Origin: an uncultured Mycoplasmatota bacterium
GTDB lineage: Bacteria > Bacillota_I > Bacilli_A > RF39 > UBA660
Length of the DNA stretch: 64,000 nucleotides
Assembly (NCBI GenBank): GCA_900550255.1
Contig: URQZ01000004.1
Coordinates: forward strand, 9,481 to 73,480
Direction: 5' to 3'
Below the pieces are notes generated by a model. The model searched no databases. It was given only the letters and a program-made list of their open reading frames with translations, and had not been told where the DNA came from. The translations under genes were made by a program, and so were the position numbers. Of this stretch, positions 1 through 8,793 are shown in pieces (position 1 is the first letter of the stretch; the number at the start of each line of letters is the position of its first letter).

Positions 1-104
1 AAATGTTTTTAACATAAGTATTATATACATATTATCACCCATTTTATTATGATTGAAGTAATAATGATTTATTCATTATCATAACTTTAATAGGAGGATT
101 TTTT

Positions 105-476
105 ATGAAATATGCAAAAAATTTAGGTTTTTCTTTACTTTTTATTATTGGTAGTTTACTTATTCTTACTTTATTATTAACTCTTTTTAACTATTTTAAT
201 TTATTTTCAAATGGAATTGTTTCTACTTTTAAGATTATTATTCCTATTATTTCTTTATTTGCTGGTGGTTTTTTTATAGGTAAAAAAAGTTCTAAGCAAG
301 GATGGTTAGAAGGTTTAAAGTTAAGTTTAATATTTACTATTATTTTAATTTTATTTAATTTATTAGGATTAGGAAATAAATTAGAATTAAAAAATATTTT
401 ATATTATTTAATCATTATCATATCCTGTATGTTTGGAGGAATGTTAGGAATAAATAAAAATAATTCTGAAAACTAA
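105..476 (+). CDS. small integral membrane protein (about 4 predicted TM helices), function unknown
   Basis: There is an AGGAGG RBS 7 nt before the ATG. The translation is hydrophobic throughout with Gly-containing helices and shows no catalytic motif. Confidence 0.5.
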   Translation: MKYAKNLGFSLLFIIGSLLILTLLLTLFNYFNLFSNGIVSTFKIIIPIISLFAGGFFIGKKSSKQGWLEGLKLSLIFTIILILFNLLGLGNKLELKNILYYLIIIISCMFGGMLGINKNNSEN

Positions 477-498
477 AAAAATAGTTAGACATTTCTAA

Positions 499-2253
499 CT
501 ATTCTTTATTATCTATTACTTCCTTCATCATAGAAATAAATTCATCTTGTGATAAAGTTGTTGTTTCTTGACTTCCAAACTTACGATAACTTATCTCCTT
601 ATTATCTCTTTCCTTATCACCAAGTATTAATGTATAAGGAATTTTTCTTGTTTGACTTTCACGCATACGATAACCAAGTTTTTCATCACGACTATCAAGT
701 TCTACTCTAAAATTATTTTCTCTAAGTAATTCTTCTACTTCTTTAGAATATTCTAAATGATATTCATTATTAACAGGAATAATATTTATTTGTGTTGGTG
801 CAAGCCAAGTTGGGAACGCTCCTTTTGTCTCTTCCATTAAAAAGGCCGTAAATCTATCAAATGTACCAAAAATAGCTCTATGTAATACTACTGGTACTTG
901 TTTTTCACCCTTATTATCAATATAAGATAAATCAAATCTTCTTGGAAGTAAGAAATCTAATTGACATGTTGATAAAGTAACCTCTGGTCCTACAGCTGGT
1001 TTTACTTCTACATCTAATTTTGGTCCATAGAAAGCTGCTTCCCCAACCGCTTCAAAATACTCTACATTTAATTCATTTAATACTTCTCTTAATTTATCTT
1101 CAGCATTATTCCACATTTCATCATCATCGTAGTACTTTTCTTTATCTTCCTTATCTCTTAAGGATAATCTAAATTTATATTCAGTAATTCCAAAATCCTT
1201 ATATACATCTAGAATTAGACTAACAACTTTTTTAAATTCATCTTTTATTTGTTCTGGCATAACAAACAAATGGGCATCATTTTGACACATGCATCTAACT
1301 CTTTCAAGTCCTTTTACAGCTCCTGATGCTTCATATCTAAAATCAGTTGCGAACTCACCTATTCTAATTGGTAAATCTCTATATGAATGCAATTTGTTTT
1401 TAAAAACTAACATATGATGTGGACAATTCATTGGTCTTAAAACAAATTCTTCATCATCAACTTTCATAGATGGAAACATATTTTCTTTATAATGATCCCA
1501 GTGTCCAGAAGTTTTATATAAATCAACAGTACCTACACATGGCGTATATACGTGTTGATATCCTAACTTTTGTTCTTTTTCATATATATAATTTTCTAAT
1601 TGTTTTTTTATTAAAGCTCCATTAGGTAACCATAAAGGCATTCCAGCTCCTACTAATTCATTAGTCATAAAAATATCTAAATCTTTACCTATTTTACGAT
1701 GATCACGAAGTTTTGCTTCCTCTAATTCTTTTAAATAATCATTTAAATCTTCTTCATTTTCAAAACAAACACCATAAATACGTTGTAACATCTTATTTTT
1801 AGCATCATTTTTCCAATAAGCACCACTTACTTTTAAAAGTTTAAAATATTTCATTGATTTAGTTGTAGGCATATGTGGACCACAACACAAATCAATAAAA
1901 TCATCTTGTTTATAAGCAGAAATTACTGTATCATCTTCATCCATTCTTTCAATTAAATCAATTTTATATGGGTCATCTTTAAACATATCTAATGCTTCTT
2001 TTTTTGATAATTCAATACGATTAATATATTTATCTCCTTTAGAGATTTTTTTCATTTCTTTTTCTATTTTAGGTAAATCTTCTTCTTTAATTACATCATC
2101 GCCTAAATCTATGTCATAATAAAATCCACTATCAATTACAGGTCCTACCCAAAATTTAGCATTTGGATATAAGTGTTTTACCGCATGAGCAAGTAAATGC
2201 GCACAACTATGATTTAAAATATTCAATTTTTCATTTTCTTTTATATTTATCAT
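499..2253 (-). CDS. thrS: threonine--tRNA ligase (ThrRS), short form lacking the N-terminal TGS domain
   Basis: The translation starts at the N2 editing-domain block 'HSCAHLLAHAV...VGPVIDSGFYYD'. Class II motifs are present (e.g. 'RVRCMCQNDAHLF', 'FRLSLRD') and the C-terminal anticodon-binding region is intact. The start codon overlaps the upstream ORF stop as TAATG. A T-box leader lies upstream of the operon. Confidence 0.95.
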   Translation of the reverse strand: MINIKENEKLNILNHSCAHLLAHAVKHLYPNAKFWVGPVIDSGFYYDIDLGDDVIKEEDLPKIEKEMKKISKGDKYINRIELSKKEALDMFKDDPYKIDLIERMDEDDTVISAYKQDDFIDLCCGPHMPTTKSMKYFKLLKVSGAYWKNDAKNKMLQRIYGVCFENEEDLNDYLKELEEAKLRDHRKIGKDLDIFMTNELVGAGMPLWLPNGALIKKQLENYIYEKEQKLGYQHVYTPCVGTVDLYKTSGHWDHYKENMFPSMKVDDEEFVLRPMNCPHHMLVFKNKLHSYRDLPIRIGEFATDFRYEASGAVKGLERVRCMCQNDAHLFVMPEQIKDEFKKVVSLILDVYKDFGITEYKFRLSLRDKEDKEKYYDDDEMWNNAEDKLREVLNELNVEYFEAVGEAAFYGPKLDVEVKPAVGPEVTLSTCQLDFLLPRRFDLSYIDNKGEKQVPVVLHRAIFGTFDRFTAFLMEETKGAFPTWLAPTQINIIPVNNEYHLEYSKEVEELLRENNFRVELDSRDEKLGYRMRESQTRKIPYTLILGDKERDNKEISYRKFGSQETTTLSQDEFISMMKEVIDNKE

Positions 2254-2759
2254 TAATATCTTCCTTTTCCTTTAATATGTCTTTGACTATTTAATATATA
2301 TTTCTTTTGTCTATTTACACTAACAGTAATAACTAATTCCTCTTCCTCTGGAATTTTATCTACTACATTACCTAGCCAATCTTCTTCTAAATTTTCTTCA
2401 CTTAAAATTGCTTTTCTAATTAAACGTAATTTTTTATAATCCTTAGTTGTTTGAAGCTCCTTTAAAAGTTTTCCAAATTTTAAAACTAATGGATTTTCAT
2501 AAGCAATCATTTTTCCTTTTTTCTTTTTACTACTTTCTTCTCTTACTAAAACATAAGTTCCATTATTCAACGTTTGATCATTTACTTCTTTCAAACTTAC
2601 TCTAGTTGGTAAAGCCTCACCTTTTTCCATTAAATATTCAAACATTTTATAATGCGTTAATTTACCTGTATTCTCATATTTGACATTTAAATAAGTTTCC
2701 ATAAACTCTCTAATTCCAATTACTTGATTTAAACTTACAATTGTTCTGTTTTTTCCCAT
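2253..2759 (-). CDS. hypothetical 168-aa protein, first cistron of the T-box-regulated thrS operon, translationally coupled to thrS
   Basis: An AGGGAG RBS sits directly downstream of the T-box terminator. The stop codon overlaps the thrS ATG as TAATG. The protein is basic and Lys-rich. I recognise no motif. Confidence 0.6.
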   Translation of the reverse strand: MGKNRTIVSLNQVIGIREFMETYLNVKYENTGKLTHYKMFEYLMEKGEALPTRVSLKEVNDQTLNNGTYVLVREESSKKKKGKMIAYENPLVLKFGKLLKELQTTKDYKKLRLIRKAILSEENLEEDWLGNVVDKIPEEEELVITVSVNRQKKYILNSQRHIKGKGRY

Positions 2760-2774
2760 ACTATCAACTCCCCT

Positions 2775-2990
2775 ATAAAAAAAACACTCCTACTAACCAA
2801 GGAGCGTATAAACGCGGTACCATCCTACCTTATAACTTAATTAAAGTTTTAACGGACCAATCCGGAAATCTCTTTCGAGTTCAATTCATGGGTAGTAATT
2901 ATCAATTATTATATCAGTTTTCACCACCACTGACTCTCTTTAATAAAGTCCTCAATAACCATGTCCCACTCAAAATTTTTAACTATGTCT
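2775..2990 (-). promoter_or_regulatory. T-box riboswitch leader of the thrS operon
   Basis: On the minus strand the conserved T-box sequence reads 'AAGGTAGGATGGTACCGCG' (plus strand 2813..2832 'cgcggtaccatcctacctta'). It is followed by a terminator hairpin (GCTCCT...AGGAG) and a U-run (plus 2777..2808). Upstream there is an AGAGA-containing stem I region that includes an ACU triplet consistent with a Thr specifier. Confidence 0.8.
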
Positions 2991-2992
2991 TT

Positions 2993-3021
2993 ATTTTATT
3001 CTTAAAATTAATTTTTGTCAA
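2993..3021 (-). promoter_or_regulatory. sigma-A type promoter driving the thrS T-box leader
   Basis: On the minus strand the -35 is TTGACA (3021..3016), the spacer is 17 nt, and the -10 is TAAAAT (2998..2993). Confidence 0.6.
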
Positions 3022-3143
3022 TAGAATTTATAGAATCTGTAGTAATGTTATCTAGAAAAATCAACTATATTATTGACTTTTTATTGACATTAAATGTTTG
3101 TAAATAAAAATAATTGGTTTATAATAAAAATAGAGGTGATATT

Positions 3144-4052
3144 ATGAATAATAAAATTGTTATTATTGGATGCGGAAACGTAGGAATGAGTTATGCATAT
3201 GCTCTTTTAAATCAAAATACTAATGTTAATGAATTAGTTTTAATTGATCTTGATAAAGAACGTGCTATTGGAGAGGCTATGGATTTAAATCACGGTATTG
3301 CTTTCGCTCCTGGAAGAATAAATATTAAAGCCGGTGATTATTCAGATTGTAAAGATGCAGACATTGTTTGCATTGCAGCTGGCGCTAATCAAAATCCGGG
3401 TGAAACAAGAATGGATTTAATAAATAAAAACAGTGTTATTTTTAAAAGTATTGTAACAGAAGTTATGAAAAATGAATTCGATGGAATCTTTTTAATTGCG
3501 ACAAATCCCCTTGATGTAATGACTTATTTAACATGGAAATACTCTAATCTACCACATAGTAGAATAATTGGTAGTGGTACAAGTTTAGATACTTCAAGAC
3601 TAAGATTTATGATTGGAGAAAAACTAAATATAAGTCCAAAAAGTGTTCATGCTTATATTATTGGTGAACATGGGGATTCCGAATTTGCGCCTTTTTCAAA
3701 TGCAACTATAGGACTACAAAATATTCACAACTTCTTAAATGATGATGAACTAAACAAAATATACCATAATGTTAAAAATGCTGCTTATGAAATTATAAAT
3801 AGGAAAAAAGCTACTTATTATGGTATTGGAATGTGTTTAGTTAGAATTACAAACGCTATTTTAAATAACGAAAATAGTATAATAACTGTTTCTTCATACG
3901 ATAAAGAAAATGATATATTTATGGGAATTCCATCTATTATAAATAGAAATGGTGTTAGAGAACGTGTATATGTAGAATTAAATGAAGAAGAAACTAAAAA
4001 ACTTCAAAACTGTGTAAATATTATAAAAGATGCTATAAATACTATAAAATAA
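3144..4052 (+). CDS. ldh: L-lactate dehydrogenase
   Basis: The NAD-binding signature 'KIVIIGCGNVGMSYAYAL' and the catalytic region 'GEHGDSE' are present. An AGAGGTGA RBS precedes the ATG at 3144. The first 10 codons of the ORF as listed in the track are probably not translated. Confidence 0.9.
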   Translation: MNNKIVIIGCGNVGMSYAYALLNQNTNVNELVLIDLDKERAIGEAMDLNHGIAFAPGRINIKAGDYSDCKDADIVCIAAGANQNPGETRMDLINKNSVIFKSIVTEVMKNEFDGIFLIATNPLDVMTYLTWKYSNLPHSRIIGSGTSLDTSRLRFMIGEKLNISPKSVHAYIIGEHGDSEFAPFSNATIGLQNIHNFLNDDELNKIYHNVKNAAYEIINRKKATYYGIGMCLVRITNAILNNENSIITVSSYDKENDIFMGIPSIINRNGVRERVYVELNEEETKKLQNCVNIIKDAINTIK

Positions 4053-4084
4053 AAAACATTGAAAATTTCAATGTTCTTTTTTTA
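4053..4084. terminator. bidirectional rho-independent terminator between convergent ldh and tex
   Basis: The hairpin 'aacattgaaaatttcaatgtt' is flanked by A-runs on one side and T-runs on the other. Confidence 0.6.
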
Positions 4085-6238
4085 TACTTCTACTAAACTA
4101 AGTGATACCTTTTCTTTTTCTTTATTAATATCTAAAACATAACAATCAACAATATCACCAACACTAACAATATCAGTTGGATTTTTTATAAATTCATTTG
4201 ACATTTTAGATATATGTACAAGTCCATCATTATGAAGTCCTATATCGATAAATGCTCCAAAATCAACTACATTTCTAACTGTTCCTTGTAATTTCATTCC
4301 AACTTTTAGATCTTTAATGTCCAAAACATCACTTTTTAATACTGGTTGTGGCATTTCATCTCTTGGATCTCTGTTAGGTTTTTTAAGTGATTTAATAATA
4401 TCTTCTAAGGTATATGAATCTATATCTAGTTTTTTCATTATATCGTCAATATCAATTTTATCTAATTTTTGAACTAATGTATCTGTTCCAATTTCGTTAA
4501 TATTACTATCAATTAATTCAAGAAGTTGTAGAGTTTTTTTATAACTTTCAGGGTGAATATCTGTTTTATCTAAAAGATTATCTCCGTCTATTACTCTTAA
4601 AAAACCAATTGCTTGTTCATAAACTTTATCACTTAATAATTTATTTTTTTTCAAGCTCTCACGTGAATTAATTTTTCCATTAGTATTTCTATAATCAATT
4701 ATTTTATCAATATTTCTCTTAGTAAGTCCTGAAATATATTTCAAAATAGAAGGACTAGCTGTATTAATATTTACTCCAACGGCATTAACAGCTTTTGATA
4801 CAACAAAATCTAATGATTCAGATAATTTTTTAGAATTAACATCATGTTGATATAAACCAACGCCTATCCCATCAGGTGGAATTTTAACAAGTTCTGATAG
4901 TGGATCTTGAAGTCTTCTTCCAATACTAACAGCACTTCTTTTTTCGACTGCTAAATCAGGAAATTCTTCAATAGCAATTTTTGATGCACTATAAATTGAT
5001 GCTCCTGCTTCAGAAACTATAACAAATTTACATTTTAAATTATTTTCTTTAATCATATCAGAACAAAACTTTTCACTTTCGCGTGAGGCTGTTCCATTTC
5101 CGATTGCAATAATATCAACTTTATATTTATTTATCAAATCAACTACTATTTTTTTACATTGATTTAATTTTTCTTCAGTTGTATTATTCAAAAATGGTTT
5201 TATAACTGTTGAATCCAAATATTTACCATTTTTATCAATAACAGCTAATTTACACCCGTTTACATATCCAGGATCAAAAGCTAAAACAATTTGTTCTTTC
5301 ATAGGAGGGGTTAAAAGTAAGGCTTCTAAGTTTTTACCAAAATTATCAATTGCAACTTCTTCTGCTTTTTCTGATAATTCGCTTCTTATTTCTCTTTCAA
5401 TTGATGGCTGAATTAATCTTTTATAACTATCTAAAATAGCCATTTTTACAACTGGTGTTGCTTTAGATTTTTCATCTTTTATTATTTTTCCTTCTAAATA
5501 AGAAATGATTTTATCCTTATCAACATCAATATTAACAGTTAGTATTTTTTCTTTTTCACCTCTATTCATTGCAAGAATACGATGTGGTTTTACATACTTA
5601 ACAGCTTCTTTATAATCATAATACATTTCATATATTTTATTTACATCCTCAGCATTTTTCTTCTTTTTTGATGTAATAATTCCATTATGATAAGTAAATT
5701 GTCTAACTGATTTACGATAATAGGCATTATCACTAATCCATTCTGCAATAATGTAGCTAGCTCCCATTATAGCATCTTCTTTTGTTTTTACATTTTCATT
5801 AATAAACTTTTTGGCAACTTCATCTATATCTTGTGATATTTTAAAGGACATAATCATTTTAGCTAGTGGTTCTAATCCATTTTTTATAGCCTCAGTTGCT
5901 TTTGTTTTTTTCTTTTCTTTAAAAGGACGATATAAATCTTCTACTTCTACAAGTTTTGTAGCTTTCATGATTTTATCTCTTAATTCATCTGTCATCAAAT
6001 CTTTTTCTTCTATTAGACGAATAACATCTTCTTTTCTTTTTAATAAATTTACTTGATAAATATATACTTCATTAATTGCTCTTATTTGTTCTTCATCTAA
6101 AGCTCCCGTTGCTTCTTTTCGATATCTTGCAATAAATGGTATTGTATTTCCTTCTTCTAAAAGCGTTAAAACAGTTTCTGCCTGTTTTGGTTTTATATTT
6201 AAATTGTTACTTATTTCCAATATTATATCTTTATTCAT
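4082..6238 (-). CDS. tex: transcription accessory protein Tex (YqgF/RNase H-like, HhH and C-terminal S1 domains)
   Basis: The 718-aa protein has the conserved N-terminus 'ISNNLNIKPKQAETVLTLLEEGNTIPFIARYRKE' and a C-terminal S1 domain 'GMKLQGTVRNVVDFGAFIDIG...GLVHIS'. Confidence 0.9.
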   Translation of the reverse strand: MNKDIILEISNNLNIKPKQAETVLTLLEEGNTIPFIARYRKEATGALDEEQIRAINEVYIYQVNLLKRKEDVIRLIEEKDLMTDELRDKIMKATKLVEVEDLYRPFKEKKKTKATEAIKNGLEPLAKMIMSFKISQDIDEVAKKFINENVKTKEDAIMGASYIIAEWISDNAYYRKSVRQFTYHNGIITSKKKKNAEDVNKIYEMYYDYKEAVKYVKPHRILAMNRGEKEKILTVNIDVDKDKIISYLEGKIIKDEKSKATPVVKMAILDSYKRLIQPSIEREIRSELSEKAEEVAIDNFGKNLEALLLTPPMKEQIVLAFDPGYVNGCKLAVIDKNGKYLDSTVIKPFLNNTTEEKLNQCKKIVVDLINKYKVDIIAIGNGTASRESEKFCSDMIKENNLKCKFVIVSEAGASIYSASKIAIEEFPDLAVEKRSAVSIGRRLQDPLSELVKIPPDGIGVGLYQHDVNSKKLSESLDFVVSKAVNAVGVNINTASPSILKYISGLTKRNIDKIIDYRNTNGKINSRESLKKNKLLSDKVYEQAIGFLRVIDGDNLLDKTDIHPESYKKTLQLLELIDSNINEIGTDTLVQKLDKIDIDDIMKKLDIDSYTLEDIIKSLKKPNRDPRDEMPQPVLKSDVLDIKDLKVGMKLQGTVRNVVDFGAFIDIGLHNDGLVHISKMSNEFIKNPTDIVSVGDIVDCYVLDINKEKEKVSLSLVEV

Positions 6239-6311
6239 AATTACCTCAATTCTATTCTTTCTAATTATAATATATTTAGGTTTTTATTTCAAACAAAAAA
6301 ATAGTTTCACA

Positions 6312-6995
6312 CTATTTTTTAGATTTAAAGTAATCTCTAGGGCATCTATATTTTTTTAATTTTTTTGCAAGTTCATTATCCATATTCGGACCCATTTCAA
6401 GATTAAATAATTCTCCCAAATCCGTAAATGGATTTTTACTATAATCTAAATCTAAGATTTTTTTAACTTCTTCTAAATAAATACTTCTAAAAAGTTGAAG
6501 AAGTCTATTATAATTTGAAATTTTACAGTATTCTACATTATTTGAAAAATAAAATAAATCTGGATCAATCAAAATTAAATTTTTACCATCATATATAGTA
6601 TTATTTCTTTTTACATCCTCAGCTATTATTTTCTTTTCAGAAAATTCATTAAATAATCTCAAATATTCATGAAACATATACAAGGTATACTCCGTATCAA
6701 GATCTAAAATATTTAATTCTTCTGCACTATAATATTTCATTGTATAAGCTGAAAATTCTTGTAAACCTTCTGGATATAACAAATCTTTTAACTTTACAAA
6801 ATAATCAGAATCAATTTCTTTTAATGTTTCAAACACCTTTTTACTTATTTTACCATCTGATAAGGATGAACCATAATATAATTTAACACAATCGTTTTTA
6901 TACTTATAAATTTCTCCGCAACAACCATGATTAATCATATTTTCTCGACTATCATCTATTTCAAACTTTTTACCACTTTCATTATATAAAAACAT
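6312..6995 (-). CDS. small atypical protein-kinase-like fold protein (putative)
   Basis: The translation has a Gly-rich stretch 'HGCCGEIYKY', a VAIK-like Lys at 'CVKLYY', a catalytic-loop-like 'AEDVKRNN' (DxxxxN) and a DFG-like 'LIDPD'. It is about 227 aa, the size of Rio or Kdo-kinase-like minimal kinases. Confidence 0.45.
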   Translation of the reverse strand: MFLYNESGKKFEIDDSRENMINHGCCGEIYKYKNDCVKLYYGSSLSDGKISKKVFETLKEIDSDYFVKLKDLLYPEGLQEFSAYTMKYYSAEELNILDLDTEYTLYMFHEYLRLFNEFSEKKIIAEDVKRNNTIYDGKNLILIDPDLFYFSNNVEYCKISNYNRLLQLFRSIYLEEVKKILDLDYSKNPFTDLGELFNLEMGPNMDNELAKKLKKYRCPRDYFKSKK

Positions 6996-7048
6996 AAATC
7001 CACCCCTTCAGGTGGACTATTATAATACTTTTTTATTTATTTTTCAAC

Positions 7049-8737
7049 TTAATTAACCATTTGAATAAATTGATTCATTGTAGTTGTCTTATGAATAGGA
7101 TATCTTGGAATTTTATACTTATCATCACTTCTCGATGCTTTTCTATATCCACCAATAAATGACATTTTAAATCCTGCTTCCTTAACACCTTCAATAGCAA
7201 CATCACTATAACTATAAAAAGGAAAACAAAATGAATTATTATTATCAACGATTGCTAAAGATTTTTTTAAATCATTAACTAATTCTTCTTTAGTAGCACA
7301 AACAACTTGTCCTTTTCCACAATTACCGTATTGATGCATATCATAAGTATGTGATTGAATATCTAAATTCTTTGAGCGATAATTATTAACATCCCACCAT
7401 CCAGAAATTAAAAATAATGTTGCATGCATATTATATTCTTCTAATATTGGGATTAATTTATTTCCATTATGATTTCCCGTTCCCATTGCACCATCATCAA
7501 TCGTTATTAAAACACTTTTAGCTGGAAGTTCAATTTGACCATACATCCATTTTGTAAATTCATCCATAGTTAGAGTTTTATATCCATTGTTTTTTAAATA
7601 ATCTAGTTGTTGTCTAAAAACAGAAACTTCTAAACATATATTCTCATTACAAGATTCACCTAACGCTGGATCATAAAAGAAATGATAATTTAAAACAGGT
7701 ATTTTTTGACCATTTGCATTACTTACAACCTTTTCTGTTTTTGTTACAGGTTCCTTTACTTCTTCACCTGCACTCATTCTCTTAAAATCATCAAGTGAAG
7801 TTTTATTTTTAATAACGTATCTTGAGAGATTATCTTTTTTACTTTCTTTAGTTGTTTTATTATTTGCATCCACAAATTTCAAATCTTGAACATTTGTTAA
7901 TATCTCTAACTTTAATGCAAATTCATTATTTAAATCAATAACATTTTGATTATTATTAGGAGTAGTAAGTAAAATAGCTTTTTCTTTTAATCTTATTTTT
8001 CCATCTAACCAATTGCGATATTCATCTAAGGTAATTGTATAAAAATTATTTTCTTTTAAATAATTTAATTGTTCTTTAACCTTATCAAAATTAATACATG
8101 TATCATTATTACAATTTTCATCTTTATAAATATTATCATAATTAATAATACTTATATATTCTGATTCTTTATCTGTAGTATTTTCTTTATTTACAAGTTT
8201 TAATTTATCATCTTTTCTTATACCTAAAATTTCATTTAAATAGTTAACATAATAATATTTATCATCCATATATTCAATTGGAAGATTGAATTTATCTTTT
8301 ACCTTTAAAACTTCTTTGTCATTTTTATAAAAAGAAATTATTTCATTAGATTCTAAATTTTGATTAAAAACTATATAATGATTATTTTTTACATTTTCTT
8401 TTTTTTCTGTTTTTTTCAAATCTTTATAATAAACATAAAAATCTTTGTTTTCAATTTTAAAATATTGATCTTTAGAAGTATTAATCCTTTTCTTTTCTAA
8501 TTTCAATATAAAATTTTTTTTGATTATTCCTATTTTTTTATTATTTTTATTATATATTTTAGTATTCCTAGATGTAATTACATAATCATTATAATATGTC
8601 TTTATTTCTTTAATCATTTCCTTTTCTTGTTTTTCAAGATATTGTAAGTAAACTAAAATTCCTATTAAAATAATCAAAATACCAAATAAAATTCCTATTA
8701 ATATTTTTGCTTTTTTTGTATTAAATTTTTCTTTCAT
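7049..8737 (-). CDS. membrane-anchored polysaccharide deacetylase (NodB/CE4 family) with a degenerate N-terminal NodB-like repeat
   Basis: There is an N-terminal TM helix. The C-terminal catalytic block 'LITIDDGAMGTGNH...HTYDMH' has the CE4 Asp-Asp and His motifs. An upstream duplicate module 'LNYLKENNFYTITLDEYRNWLDGKIRL...AILLTT' lacks the DDG motif. Confidence 0.75.
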   Translation of the reverse strand: MKEKFNTKKAKILIGILFGILIILIGILVYLQYLEKQEKEMIKEIKTYYNDYVITSRNTKIYNKNNKKIGIIKKNFILKLEKKRINTSKDQYFKIENKDFYVYYKDLKKTEKKENVKNNHYIVFNQNLESNEIISFYKNDKEVLKVKDKFNLPIEYMDDKYYYVNYLNEILGIRKDDKLKLVNKENTTDKESEYISIINYDNIYKDENCNNDTCINFDKVKEQLNYLKENNFYTITLDEYRNWLDGKIRLKEKAILLTTPNNNQNVIDLNNEFALKLEILTNVQDLKFVDANNKTTKESKKDNLSRYVIKNKTSLDDFKRMSAGEEVKEPVTKTEKVVSNANGQKIPVLNYHFFYDPALGESCNENICLEVSVFRQQLDYLKNNGYKTLTMDEFTKWMYGQIELPAKSVLITIDDGAMGTGNHNGNKLIPILEEYNMHATLFLISGWWDVNNYRSKNLDIQSHTYDMHQYGNCGKGQVVCATKEELVNDLKKSLAIVDNNNSFCFPFYSYSDVAIEGVKEAGFKMSFIGGYRKASRSDDKYKIPRYPIHKTTTMNQFIQMVN

Positions 8738-8793
8738 ATTTGCTCCCTACATTCATCAACTAGTATAAACTAAATTCTTTACGCAATAAAGTT

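Noticed and set aside
2741-3055. 104-aa plus-strand ORF in the thrS/ldh intergenic region
   Set aside because: It lies antisense to the T-box leader and its promoter. It has no RBS and a low-complexity translation, so I read it as a spurious ORF.
3000-3143. Rex or CcpA (cre) operator in the ldh promoter region
   Set aside because: No TTGTGAAnnnnTTCACAA-like or WTGNAANCGNWNNCW-like palindrome is recognisable. Only a putative TTGACA -35 element is present, and the -10 is ambiguous (TAAATA/AAAATA).
5811-6056. Antisense ORFs nested inside well-supported genes (5811..6056, 17188..17382, 18502..18816, 26978..27367, 28246..28527, 29275..29463, 29474..29698, 29993..30199, 31340..31708, 34254..34493, 37350..37643, 38917..39105, 39090..39278, 40042..40317, 41066..41305, 42154..42387, 43282..43734, 47570..47818, 48195..48656, 50009..50227, 50973..51239, 54595..55026, 60283..60468, 60688..60882, 60879..61148, 61363..61557, 62743..63102, 62844..63107)
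   Set aside because: All lie opposite conserved, motif-bearing CDSs. They have AT-rich low-complexity translations rich in F, L, I and S and lack RBSs. They are typical shadow ORFs.
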